In this document: one piece after another, positions 7,436 to 17,086 of the stretch
Layout: every line of letters starts with the position of its first letter
Numbering within the stretch: position 1 is the first letter of the stretch
Source of the DNA: Candidatus Hadarchaeota archaeon
GTDB taxonomy: Archaea; CAYQAE01; CAYVLA01
Length of the DNA stretch: 27,001 nucleotides
Direction of reading: 5' to 3'
Assembly (NCBI GenBank): GCA_964452145.1
Contig: CAYVLA010000041.1
Location: 1-27,001 of the forward strand
Program-made: the position numbers and the translations under genes
Notes under the pieces: generated by a model
What the model was told of the DNA's origin: nothing
The model's database searches: none
Seen by the model: only the letters and a program-made list of their open reading frames with translations

Positions 7436-10400
7436 GTGTCACATTTGGTAAGCATTCCACAAACCGTTTCGCAAAAGCCCACCGCTCTCGTCGCGGTGGT
7501 GCTGGTGATCACTAGTGCCCTCGGCAGCATCTACCTCCTGGCCGGCGGCGAGATGGAGGCAAGCGAGAGAACCTTCATGCCGGAAAACGAGGTCGTTGAT
7601 GCATCAAATGAGATCAACAGACTCTTCACCTCGACCGAATTGTCACAGATCCTCGTGAAGGGAAGTGAGGGAAATGTCCTCGTCCCCGAATCCCTGGTTG
7701 AGATCCTGCAAGTCGAAAGGGCGTTGACGGAGAACCCCACGATCTCCCGCCTTCTGGTGGATGAAGCCAACCCGATGCGGATCTCGAGCATAGCGGACAC
7801 CATCTTCCAGGCCGCAAACCTCCTGAACACGATCAAAGGTATGGTCGAAGGCATCGGCCCTCAGTTCGACTCAATCAAAGGTTCGCTTGGCCAGGTTGCC
7901 CAAGTTCTCAGCCTGACCAATGATGGCATCCGGAACGCCATGGGGACACCATATCTGAGGGACGCTGTGCTGGCCGCCAACAGCACGATCATCCAGCTGG
8001 CCACGCAGCTTGCCCAGATGGGCGGGTCGATGGTTCCCTCCGGGGAAAGCGGTGGGGAAACGTACCAAGGCTTCGAGCCGAAGATCCAGCATTTCAGCGC
8101 CTTGACTCAGGAGGAGCTGGGGAACGTCCTCGCGGCCATAATGAATTACGATGAATCAAGCACCGATGGCATGGTCGGCTCCGTCAAGGGGGCCGCGGCA
8201 GCGGCAGAGGCCACCGCCTTGGCGCTCGACGAGCTCAGTCAGCTACTGATCGCTGCAAGCCAGGACCCATCCATCGTCCAGGATCAACAAGCCATGATCG
8301 CCATAGGAACGACCGGATTCACCCTGCCGCTGATCAAGAATGGGGTTCTCGCGATTCGCGACAGCGCCGAGTCGCTGAACATCCAGAGGCTTGAGAGACA
8401 ACTGGATTCCGGCATGGAGGCTTTGAGACGAGCCATCAGGCTATCCCTGACTACAGATTTCTCGCCCGAGACCGGAACATACCGGGCCAAGGCTACCCTT
8501 GCCATCGTTGGCTTCAACGCCACCCTGGCACGGAGCGGGGAAGGCCGCGTCACGACGGACGGCCGGGACAGGGAAGGCCAGGGAAACGAGTCGGTAATGC
8601 TTCATGCCCAGCAGTCCATGGTCGAGGTGATCGGTGAGCAGGACTTGGTCTCCACGAACATGGCCGTCATTGGCATGGATCTTACGTCCAGGAGGATTCT
8701 GGAGGCAACTCAGGACTCCTTCGCCATTCTCCTACCCGCTGCGTTTATCCTAGTCATAATCGTCCTGGCCCTGGTGTACCGGAACGTGATGGATATGGTT
8801 GTCAGCCTGTTGGCGCTGGGCTTTGCGATCGTCTGGACCTACGGTCTGGGGACCCTTGCGGGTTTCGTGTTCAACCCCATGACCCTCGCGGTGCCCGTGA
8901 TAATCGTTGGACTGGGAATAGACTACGGCATCCATCTTACGCTTCGCTACAGAGAGGAGAGATCCCAGGGCATGAGTCCCCGGGAATCGGCGAGGACTTC
9001 GATCAGCTGGGTCGGATCGGCCCTGCTGATAGCCACGATGGCGACCATGGCGGCCTTCATGTCGAACCTGACGTCCGAGATGTCCGCTCTGAAGGACTTC
9101 GGCATACTCCTGGCCGTGGGTCTGGCATCAGCCTTCGTCATCATGGTGACATTCGTGCCCTCGGTTCGACAGCTCATAGATGGCAGATCGGAGTCCAGGG
9201 CCCAGCAACCGAAGTCGCAGGAGAAGCCGAGGCGATCCCCCAGGGCCAGCGCCGCTCTGGGTGCAGGCGCCACCGCCGCCGAGCATCATCCGAGGGTCGT
9301 CATCGTGGCCACTCTGCTGGTTACGGCGCTCGCTCTCCTGGCGGCCACGAGGCTGGAGACGAGGTTTGAACTCGAGGACTTCCTGCCTGCAAAGCTCGAA
9401 TACGCACGAGACATCCGGTTCATCTTGGAGGAGTTCAATGCGACGGGCGGATCGGCCAACATACTGATCCAAGGAGACATCTCGTCCCCCGCCGTCTTGA
9501 AGGCGATTCAGGCCTGTGAGCTGAACATGATCGATAACCGGTTGGTTGCAGTGAAGGCGACGCCTCTCGGTGACCGTCCCGATGTCGACTCCGTTGTATC
9601 CCTGATGAAGGATGTGGCAACGGACGAATCCCTCACCGATCCTCTGGATCTTTACTCACAGGAGTTCGCTCTGCTCTACCATTCAGCTTCGGCCGATGGA
9701 GACGATGTTCCGGAGAAGGATGTGGAAGCATTGCTGACATGGCTATACGAGAGCAACATCACCGCATCGCGCACCAGAAGCATGTTGCACCGAGATGCCC
9801 AGGGCCGATTCGACAGTACGGTCATGAGGATAGCCATCGTGAGCGACTCGATGGAAGATGCGGACGAGCTTCTAGCAGAACTGAACGCGGACGCAGGCCC
9901 GCTGGAGGACCTTGTTGGGACCGGCGAACTATCGAGGGCGACCGTCACGGGTTCTTCGATCATGGCCATGCAGATAATATCGAGCCTGAAGAACAGCCTG
10001 TCCGTTTCCTTCATCTTCACGCTCGTAGTGTCCTTCATCATCATGACCATCGTCTTCTACGTGACGGAGAGATCGATGGTCCTTGGTGCGATCACCATGA
10101 TCCCGGTACTTCTCTGCAGTGCTTGGATCTTGGGCAGCATGTACGTTCTGGGCATAGCCTACACCGTCCTTACCGTGATGATCACGGCCCTCACGATAGG
10201 TCTGGGTGTCACCTACGGCATACATCTCACCCACCGCTTCGTTGAGGAGATGAGGGAGCACGAAGATGTAGACGATGGCTGCATGGAGACGGTGGCCCAT
10301 ACGGGCTCTGCGCTGTTCGGAGCAGCGGCGACCACTGTTGCCGGATTCGGGCTACTGGTCTTCTCCCTGCTGCCGCCGATACAGGAATTCGGTGCGATCG

Positions 10401-10507
10401 TTGCGTTGACCATCATCTACAGCTTCCTCGCCACGGTCTTCATACTGCCGACGTTCCTTGTCATCTGGGCGAAGAGGGTGAGAAAACGCGGGGCAACGGT
10501 GGCTTGA
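7436..10507 (+). CDS. RND superfamily / MMPL (archaeal HAE3-like) transporter
   Basis: 1023 aa with two repeats of 1 TM + large loop + 5 TM. Motifs GLGIDYGIHLTLRYREE and GLGVTYGIHLTHRFVEE. Lies 33 bp downstream of padR. Confidence 0.93.
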   Translation: MSHLVSIPQTVSQKPTALVAVVLVITSALGSIYLLAGGEMEASERTFMPENEVVDASNEINRLFTSTELSQILVKGSEGNVLVPESLVEILQVERALTENPTISRLLVDEANPMRISSIADTIFQAANLLNTIKGMVEGIGPQFDSIKGSLGQVAQVLSLTNDGIRNAMGTPYLRDAVLAANSTIIQLATQLAQMGGSMVPSGESGGETYQGFEPKIQHFSALTQEELGNVLAAIMNYDESSTDGMVGSVKGAAAAAEATALALDELSQLLIAASQDPSIVQDQQAMIAIGTTGFTLPLIKNGVLAIRDSAESLNIQRLERQLDSGMEALRRAIRLSLTTDFSPETGTYRAKATLAIVGFNATLARSGEGRVTTDGRDREGQGNESVMLHAQQSMVEVIGEQDLVSTNMAVIGMDLTSRRILEATQDSFAILLPAAFILVIIVLALVYRNVMDMVVSLLALGFAIVWTYGLGTLAGFVFNPMTLAVPVIIVGLGIDYGIHLTLRYREERSQGMSPRESARTSISWVGSALLIATMATMAAFMSNLTSEMSALKDFGILLAVGLASAFVIMVTFVPSVRQLIDGRSESRAQQPKSQEKPRRSPRASAALGAGATAAEHHPRVVIVATLLVTALALLAATRLETRFELEDFLPAKLEYARDIRFILEEFNATGGSANILIQGDISSPAVLKAIQACELNMIDNRLVAVKATPLGDRPDVDSVVSLMKDVATDESLTDPLDLYSQEFALLYHSASADGDDVPEKDVEALLTWLYESNITASRTRSMLHRDAQGRFDSTVMRIAIVSDSMEDADELLAELNADAGPLEDLVGTGELSRATVTGSSIMAMQIISSLKNSLSVSFIFTLVVSFIIMTIVFYVTERSMVLGAITMIPVLLCSAWILGSMYVLGIAYTVLTVMITALTIGLGVTYGIHLTHRFVEEMREHEDVDDGCMETVAHTGSALFGAAATTVAGFGLLVFSLLPPIQEFGAIVALTIIYSFLATVFILPTFLVIWAKRVRKRGATVA

Positions 10508-10624
10508 GAAGCGGTTACACCCGCTGTTCTTGCGGGCAATTCGCGGCTGATTGCGGGAGACGACAATCATTGACTGAAAGCCCCGGTTGCCGTTGGGCGC
10601 TTCATCGGCTGTGGCCAACCCTGC

Positions 10625-11341
10625 CTAGCACCAAATCCGGGCGGGCTGCTGGATCATTCCCAGTATCTCTCTCATGTCCGTGACCACCGCGCGGTCAGGG
10701 AGTGCCTGCTTCAGCCGACCCGTTCTCTCGACCACGATGCCCGTCATTCCTACGGCTTCCGCCCCTTCCGCATCGGCCCTAAGCGAGTCCCCCACCATGG
10801 CGCATTGCTCTGGATCGGAGCATATGGACTCGGCCGCAAGCTCGAAGATTTGGGGGTTCGGTTTGGCCAACCCCACGGCACCCGATATGATGATCTCGTC
10901 GAAGAAGCTCAGGACCCCGGCCTCGTCAAGGTGCCATAGGATTCCGTGGGGCTGCGCATTCGAGATCAGTCCGATTTTGATCCCGGGCCTCAGCTTCTGA
11001 AGCGTTGGAAGGATGTCGTCGAATATTTGGTTGTTGACTTTATGGGGTTCGAAACGGCCCCAGAGATGGGCGTCGACGTTCTCATCGCTGGGTTCCATGC
11101 CCAGTTCCGGCAGTATCTTTCGTGTGAACTCGGCTTCGCTGACTTCGAGGCCCTCTTTGGATAGGTCCATGTCCAGCTGATGGTAAGGAATCCAGAAGAT
11201 CTCCTTGAAATCCTCGAAGGAACGTTGCAGTCCCCGATTCCTAAGGGCAAGATAGCCCGACGTCAAGGTTTCGTCCTCGGGGATCTTCCTCAACTCGTAG
11301 AAGAGGGTTCCCCCGAAGTCGAAGAAGACCGTATCGATCAT
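10625..11341 (-). CDS. HAD-superfamily hydrolase, subfamily IA
   Basis: Motif I FFDFGGTL, motif II GLISN, motif III KPNPQIF, motif IV MVGDSLRADAEGA. Start placed at ATG 11341 (MIDTVFF). Confidence 0.9.
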   Translation of the reverse strand: MIDTVFFDFGGTLFYELRKIPEDETLTSGYLALRNRGLQRSFEDFKEIFWIPYHQLDMDLSKEGLEVSEAEFTRKILPELGMEPSDENVDAHLWGRFEPHKVNNQIFDDILPTLQKLRPGIKIGLISNAQPHGILWHLDEAGVLSFFDEIIISGAVGLAKPNPQIFELAAESICSDPEQCAMVGDSLRADAEGAEAVGMTGIVVERTGRLKQALPDRAVVTDMREILGMIQQPARIWC

Positions 11342-11471
11342 GGGTGCACGCCGATGGGCATTTCTATTATGTGTTGCATGCGATGATTCGATGCCGGCTT
11401 CTGTCGGGGGCAAAGGGCGGGATTGGTTCGATCTAGTCTAGGCGCCGCATCGGGGCAGGGCGTTCGAGACC

Positions 11472-13883
11472 CTACCAGGTTTCAGGGGCTGAGTTGGCCT
11501 GGTCGTCTGTGATGTATCCGAAGTAACGACCCGGCCAGTATGCGGCCAGATAACCCATTCCGCCTCGTTCCACCCTGTCGACCCCCGGACCGTTCAGCAC
11601 CAGGATCGGGTCTCCCCATGTCTCCCCTCGGTCGGTGCTAACATGCAGACCGGCCGGGGTGCTGGCCAAGATCGTGCCGGGGATCTGTCTGGGTGCGAAT
11701 ATTCTGTAGGCATATGGGATGCGCAGGCCGTTGTTCGCCACTTGCCAGTTTAGGCCTCCGTCCAGGGAGCGGTGGATACCCTTCTCTCCGGCCCCGTAGA
11801 GTACGTTTGGGTCCACGGGATCGAAAGCGATTGATGCGAGCCTGCTCCATTCCAGGCCCGATCCTTCGGAGGGAGGCTTGTATCTGGGCATGCTCCACCC
11901 AACAGCCCTGACGCTCCGTCCCCCGTCAAGGCTTCGGAGCACGATGTGGAGGTCCCGTCCCCAGACGTTGAGGGTGAGGAGAGACAGGAGCACCGCTGGG
12001 TCGTGGGGCGACACACAAAGCCCACGGTAGCTGGGGATAACGTGGTAATCCTCCACATCCGTGCAGATCGTCCAGCCTGAATCACCCGGGGATTTGCGGT
12101 AGAGTCGACCTCCCATTGCGGCGTAGATCACCGGATCATCACCGGTGAAGAGGCCATACACTATGTTCGCCGTCTGACCCGGGACGGCCTTTGCCCTGTT
12201 GGGCATCGGCCCGGAGACGCACTCCCATGCCTTGCCGACCTCCTCGAATCCGAAGTCAACGCTTCGGTAGACTCCCCCATCCATGATCGCCCAAACAACG
12301 TTCGGATTCGCCGAATCCGGCATCACCCTCTGCGCGCCCTGATCATCGAGATCCACCCGCTGCCAGCTGTTCATGTAGCCCCCGGTATCGGTTCGGTAGA
12401 TCCCACCGTCGGTCGCAAGGATGGCGATCCTGCTCTTACCTCCGGCGAAAGTCACGTCGCGCACCGAGGCGCCCTGATGGAAACCGGCCAGCGAGAACGT
12501 TGCCCCGCCGTCCAGCGACTTGTACAGAACGCCACCTGCGTCGACCAAGTACCACACCATCGGATCTTCATCGGAGATCGCCATGGAGCTCACCGGCCTT
12601 GCAAGCCACCCGTCGAGCACGTACGGATCGCCTTTCCAGTCGTAGGCGTTGTCCAGTGGCTGTTCGTTGAACGGCAGGAGGGTCTTTGAGTTCCTGCTTC
12701 CATCTTCCGTTGTAACGTAAGCACGGTCCGCCCCGATGTCGCTTCTTATGCTGTTCATGATCGGGTATGTGACAGTGACGGAGGGGTACAATCGCAATGT
12801 CTCCAGAGCTCCGGGGAGATCGGCTCCGTCCAGATCGCCCGTGACGCTCGCGTAGTAGTAGTTGAAGGGAGATCGCTTCTCGTACCTCTTGCTGCCAAAG
12901 ATCGATGCAACGGCCATCCGGTAGAAGTCGCACAGTTCCCTGTCCTCTTCGAGTTGGCACACGAGCCAGAGGCTGGCGAGGGTGTGCTCGGTATCGTCAT
13001 GGTCGGGTGTGTGTGCACCGCGATAGCCCGGCTGCCATCTGTCGGGGGGCCAGCATTCCGACTTTCTATACCCGAATCTCTCGACGAGCTCCTCGTACTT
13101 CTCCTTATACCAGTTATCTCCCGTAATCCAGTGGGCGATCCTGAGGCTGTTTGTGGCCATCAAGCTGGTGGTCGAAGGCTGGCCTTCCGGTGCTCCGGCG
13201 ATCAGGTGGGCACTCAGCCGTCCGTCCACGGTCATCAGGGCCATGTCATGGGCCTTGTAGCCGAATTCCATCATCTCGGCCACGATGGATCGAACCTTCT
13301 CCATCTGGGCCTTCACCCGCTCACTCGGATCGAGGCTGTGCTTCCGAAGGAAGAAGAACCAGAATCCCAAACCACGAAGGACGTGATGGTAGTTGTGATG
13401 GCTTGGGTGGCCGCGGAACCGTAGGTCCCGGTATCTGCCAACGCCTTGGTGCCACTCGTTTCGAGAGTTGTTGTCGATCCGCTCCTCCACCGCCGGGCCG
13501 TGCCCATGAACCACCTTGCGTGCCAGTAGGCCGGGAATCCCGCTTACGTGGGTGAGGACGTCGATCCCATGGACAAGGGTCTCGCCAAGCTTCAGGGCAG
13601 CGTCGACATCCACGGGCGAGCGTTCAGCGGCCCATCCATACCGGAAGGCAGCTGCCACCAGGTAACATCCCGTCCAGCTGCTGGCATGCATGTCCCCGGT
13701 ATTGCCGGTTGTCGTATGATCCACAGGTCGGCCATCTGCAGGAATTGGCACACTTGCTACACATGTCCCCTCGACCAGATGCCGATCCAATATGGCTTGC
13801 TGGATGATTCTCTGCTTCTCCTCAAGCGGAACGCGCCAGCGCAGGTCACTGTCGCGCACTTGGCCTTGCGATCGCCAATGCAT
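11472..13883 (-). CDS. Two-domain protein: N-terminal alpha/alpha-toroid-like region plus C-terminal BNR/Asp-box (VPS10/GH74-like) propeller
   Basis: C-terminal half has repeated Asp-boxes (KSLDGGATF, RSLDGGRSV, RSLDGGLNW, VSTDRGETW). N-terminal half is helical and aromatic-rich. No signal peptide seen. ORF is open from 13964; start placed at ATG 13883 after AAGGTG. Confidence 0.8.
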   Translation of the reverse strand: MHWRSQGQVRDSDLRWRVPLEEKQRIIQQAILDRHLVEGTCVASVPIPADGRPVDHTTTGNTGDMHASSWTGCYLVAAAFRYGWAAERSPVDVDAALKLGETLVHGIDVLTHVSGIPGLLARKVVHGHGPAVEERIDNNSRNEWHQGVGRYRDLRFRGHPSHHNYHHVLRGLGFWFFFLRKHSLDPSERVKAQMEKVRSIVAEMMEFGYKAHDMALMTVDGRLSAHLIAGAPEGQPSTTSLMATNSLRIAHWITGDNWYKEKYEELVERFGYRKSECWPPDRWQPGYRGAHTPDHDDTEHTLASLWLVCQLEEDRELCDFYRMAVASIFGSKRYEKRSPFNYYYASVTGDLDGADLPGALETLRLYPSVTVTYPIMNSIRSDIGADRAYVTTEDGSRNSKTLLPFNEQPLDNAYDWKGDPYVLDGWLARPVSSMAISDEDPMVWYLVDAGGVLYKSLDGGATFSLAGFHQGASVRDVTFAGGKSRIAILATDGGIYRTDTGGYMNSWQRVDLDDQGAQRVMPDSANPNVVWAIMDGGVYRSVDFGFEEVGKAWECVSGPMPNRAKAVPGQTANIVYGLFTGDDPVIYAAMGGRLYRKSPGDSGWTICTDVEDYHVIPSYRGLCVSPHDPAVLLSLLTLNVWGRDLHIVLRSLDGGRSVRAVGWSMPRYKPPSEGSGLEWSRLASIAFDPVDPNVLYGAGEKGIHRSLDGGLNWQVANNGLRIPYAYRIFAPRQIPGTILASTPAGLHVSTDRGETWGDPILVLNGPGVDRVERGGMGYLAAYWPGRYFGYITDDQANSAPETW

Positions 13884-14181
13884 CCATGACACCTTCATGC
13901 CGCAATCGGGCATGCCCAATGACGGGCAACCCGGCCACTGCCACCGATGTGTATCACACCGCATCGCGACCTAAAGAATGTCTGCAGTCACTACCGCATG
14001 AGCGGCATCGGTACCCATCCGACATCCTAGAGGACGATCGGAAAAGCGGTCGTACGGAAGCCCGGCGGTCGGCCAGATGGCCAAAGACTTATCACCTTCG
14101 CGCTCGGAGACTGACAAGGCTTCAAATGATGCCCCCACAAATCCGGGACGATGCAGGATTGTCCCTCGGTGGGTGACCTTC

Positions 14182-15387
14182 ATGCAATGCCATTCCAACG
14201 GAATCCAGGGGCTTGGCCACAGAGAGTTGCTCGACGAGAGGCGTGCGCTGCGTGCCATGATAGGACAGATGGAGACCTCCATATCCAGAGGTGCCGACTG
14301 GCTAGTGCGGCGGCTTGCCCCCTATGGCCCGATCATGCGCGAAAGGGACCTGAGCTACTGTCACAAGGTTACATGGGGTCTCTACGAGGCAGGACGTCTC
14401 GATGCCGTGAAACAGCTTCTTGAGTGGATAGCTGTCAACGCAAGAATGGGCCCCGGGCGCTACTACTTCCCCGAGGAATCTCCCTTCAACAAGGACATGC
14501 AGCTGCTCTACAGGTTTCTGACCTTCGCGGAGATTGCGGAGAGGCTCGGATTGCCCGCGTTCTCCGACGATGATACGAGGAAGGAGATACTGGCCCACCA
14601 GCATCCGTCCGGCGGGGTGTTCGGAAACATCGACGAGCAGAGGTACATGCAGACCGTCAACCCGCTGGTCACCTCCTTCTTCGTGCGATGGGCTCTTGCG
14701 GCCGGGCTTTCGAACGCCGCGCGTATGAGCGCCGACTTCCTTGCCAAGATGGTGGAGGCGAACTCGCCCAGTATGAAGGCCGATCCAGGGAGGTTCTACT
14801 TCAACCACGATCCGGAGACCAATGAGCTGGTGACGGAGACAACGCCTGGCGAGGAGATCAACTGCTTCGTCGACACGGTCAAGGCCAAGCAGCAGTTCTA
14901 CCACGTCGGCACCGCAATGGCCGCCCTGGCGCAGGCCTATCTTGCCATCGGGACGCCGAGGTACCTCGGCGCCGCCCTCGGACTGGCCCAGTTTGAGGCC
15001 AGGCTAAATCCGGCAGGTCTGCTCTGGCCGTCCTACTGCAAGATCGGTTGGGGCGTGGCGGAGCTCTACTCGATAACGGGTCTGCCCGAACACCGCGTGG
15101 CGGCCGCGAACGTTGCGGAGATCACCTTCATCAGGTCCCAGACCGCCGGGGGTGGATGGGAGAAGATGTACTATCCACTGAAGGACCACGGAGCGTGGGA
15201 ATCAGTCGCGTACAATGGTTCGGGCCGGGTGCCGGATGCGATAGAGGATGATGGTAGCTGGGCCATCCTCTCGGGTGAGGAGATATCTGGGGAGTTCATT
15301 GCCGAGATGGGCCGGACCCGTTCCGCCTTCAGATCCATTCTGACGCAGATAGAGAACCGGCTGCGATCTACGTATCCCAGTCCGTGA
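14182..15387 (+). CDS. Alpha/alpha-barrel protein (six-hairpin glycosidase / terpene cyclase-prenyltransferase-like)
   Basis: Helical repeats with QxxxGG-type motifs (HQHPSGGVFG, SQTAGGGW), RGADWL and AYLAIGTPRYLGAA. Start uncertain (14077, 14182 or 14227). Confidence 0.7.
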   Translation: MQCHSNGIQGLGHRELLDERRALRAMIGQMETSISRGADWLVRRLAPYGPIMRERDLSYCHKVTWGLYEAGRLDAVKQLLEWIAVNARMGPGRYYFPEESPFNKDMQLLYRFLTFAEIAERLGLPAFSDDDTRKEILAHQHPSGGVFGNIDEQRYMQTVNPLVTSFFVRWALAAGLSNAARMSADFLAKMVEANSPSMKADPGRFYFNHDPETNELVTETTPGEEINCFVDTVKAKQQFYHVGTAMAALAQAYLAIGTPRYLGAALGLAQFEARLNPAGLLWPSYCKIGWGVAELYSITGLPEHRVAAANVAEITFIRSQTAGGGWEKMYYPLKDHGAWESVAYNGSGRVPDAIEDDGSWAILSGEEISGEFIAEMGRTRSAFRSILTQIENRLRSTYPSP

Positions 15388-15437
15388 TCTGGCACCGGAA
15401 GGGCAAGGCTTGGCTCGAGTTTGGTTGCGAATCCCGG

Positions 15438-16376
15438 TCAGAGATCCTCGCGTTCCCCATGGTCGGTTAAACCTGCGGCTTCTCCGAGCCAATGGGCCAA
15501 GAAAGTCATGTCCCGGGGCCTGATTCCCAGAATTCGAGCGACCACGAAGGGCGTTGCGGCGCCGTGCTCGGCGTTGTGCATGTCACTGCCGAGAACCACC
15601 TTCACGCCCTCATGGATCAGGGAGCGGTAGAAAAAAAGATACCGCTCCGCAAAGGACTGGTGGTTCAACGCCAGGATCCTCGCCCAACTGCCCTCATTGA
15701 TCTCGATCGGAACACCGAATCGACTCAACTCGGTGGCAAGCGCGCCGAGGTCTATCCCAAGAAGTTCCTCGACATGCCCCTTCGGATCACTGTAGGAGCC
15801 AAGTGGCGGAAGCGGTCCGTGGTTGGGCATTGAGGGGCCTCGGCCAGTCTTGCCAACGTAGTCATCGATTGGCCAGCGAAGGGGATGCCCTAGGACTCCC
15901 GGACAGCGATGTCTGCTGCGAAGCTCAGCGATGTCCCTGATGCCCTGCAGCAGATAATCCCCTAGCGTCTGGCCGCAATGGGGTCTCCCGGCCTCTCCGA
16001 TGAAGAAGTCGATGTCCTGGATGATGAAGGCATCGTTGGCCTCGGGCTCGTGAAGAAGGCCCAGGCCTATCTCGGGGCCGAACAGCACTATCTCATCCGG
16101 GAGAGCCTGTTTGGCGTCCCGTATGTCCCTAGAGAACGCCTTGTAGCCGTCGAGATCCCCGGAATAGTGGTTGGTCCTCTTCCCGGACCGCTCCAGGAAG
16201 AATGCGAAATGATCAGTGGCACCGATGACCCGCCTCCCCGTAGCCACGGCAAATCTGATGAAATCCAGGGCCGTGTATCGAATCGGTCTCTCAGTCCCGC
16301 AGTGGATGTGAAGATCCACCTGATGGAGCTGCAGATCATCCCAGGTAGGTCGCATCAAGAGGCAATGATGGGGCAA
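15438..16376 (-). CDS. PHP-domain metallo-phosphoesterase
   Basis: PHP metal-binding motifs DLHIH, ATDH, GPE, LGHP, IEIN and GSDMH. Confidence 0.85.
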   Translation of the reverse strand: MPHHCLLMRPTWDDLQLHQVDLHIHCGTERPIRYTALDFIRFAVATGRRVIGATDHFAFFLERSGKRTNHYSGDLDGYKAFSRDIRDAKQALPDEIVLFGPEIGLGLLHEPEANDAFIIQDIDFFIGEAGRPHCGQTLGDYLLQGIRDIAELRSRHRCPGVLGHPLRWPIDDYVGKTGRGPSMPNHGPLPPLGSYSDPKGHVEELLGIDLGALATELSRFGVPIEINEGSWARILALNHQSFAERYLFFYRSLIHEGVKVVLGSDMHNAEHGAATPFVVARILGIRPRDMTFLAHWLGEAAGLTDHGEREDL

Positions 16377-16426
16377 GCTTCATAAGTTGTTGCCATCTAC
16401 GATCGATCGAATTCGAATCCGGCATC

Positions 16427-16435
16427 TTTATATAT
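16427..16435. promoter_or_regulatory. TATA-like box between divergent genes
   Basis: TTTATATAT midway between the start at 16376 (-) and the start at 16492 (+). It reads as a TATA box on either strand. Confidence 0.55.
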
Positions 16436-16491
16436 CCCCGTCTACCTTGGCCCTCCCCGGTCACGAGCAGGACTCGTGAGTACAGGAAAGG

Positions 16492-16773
16492 TTGGATGAA
16501 ATGAGAGGAGCCGTAATCTTCATCTTGGCCTTCTTGCTCTTCCTATTCGTAACCCTTGGCTATCGCGAACTCCCCCCGGGAAGGGCCATATATGGCATGC
16601 TGGGGGTCCCGGAGATCGACTACCCGGTTCTTGGCGTACCCGCGACTACCCTGGTCATCGGCGTCTTCAATGGCGTCGTGTGGGGCTTCATCGTGTGGCT
16701 GGTCTTCGACATACTGGGGAAGGTCTTCGAGTCCAAGGGCAAGAGGCGGGAGACCAGAAGCGAAGGCATCTAG
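16492..16773 (+). CDS. Small two-TM membrane protein
   Basis: TM, LPPG...YPVLGVP loop, TM (VFNGVVWGFIVWLVF), basic tail. Start is TTG 16492 or ATG 16501. Confidence 0.8.
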   Translation: MDEMRGAVIFILAFLLFLFVTLGYRELPPGRAIYGMLGVPEIDYPVLGVPATTLVIGVFNGVVWGFIVWLVFDILGKVFESKGKRRETRSEGI

Positions 16774-17086
16774 GCATGCCATGAGCGCCGTGCCGGAGCG
16801 AGCCTTAGAACGTCCAGAAGAGGATCTAGCAGGGCTGCCCTCGCTGAGTTCACTCCACGGACCAACCAGCCGTGTCTTCAGGGATCGGTGACTCTCCCAA
16901 TCCATGCTGAATCCATGCCCTCCGACACAGGCAGAACCGTCTCTGGGGCAAGGCGGACCGCGTCGTCTCGACCAGGATGTTTCTTGTGGTGCAGCTGTCA
17001 TCACGCCTGCTGCCCACGAGACCGTGCCGTCGACGCATCCGCACCATCTTTAAGGATCGTGGACCAGAAAGGAGCGGGAGCTATAG

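Noticed and set aside
11305..11325. HAD motif I reads DxG rather than DxD
   Set aside because: DxGGT is a common subfamily IA variant and does not indicate inactivation.
11425..11433. GGTTCGATC, similar to a tRNA T-loop
   Set aside because: No T-stem, acceptor stem or cloverleaf in the flanks.
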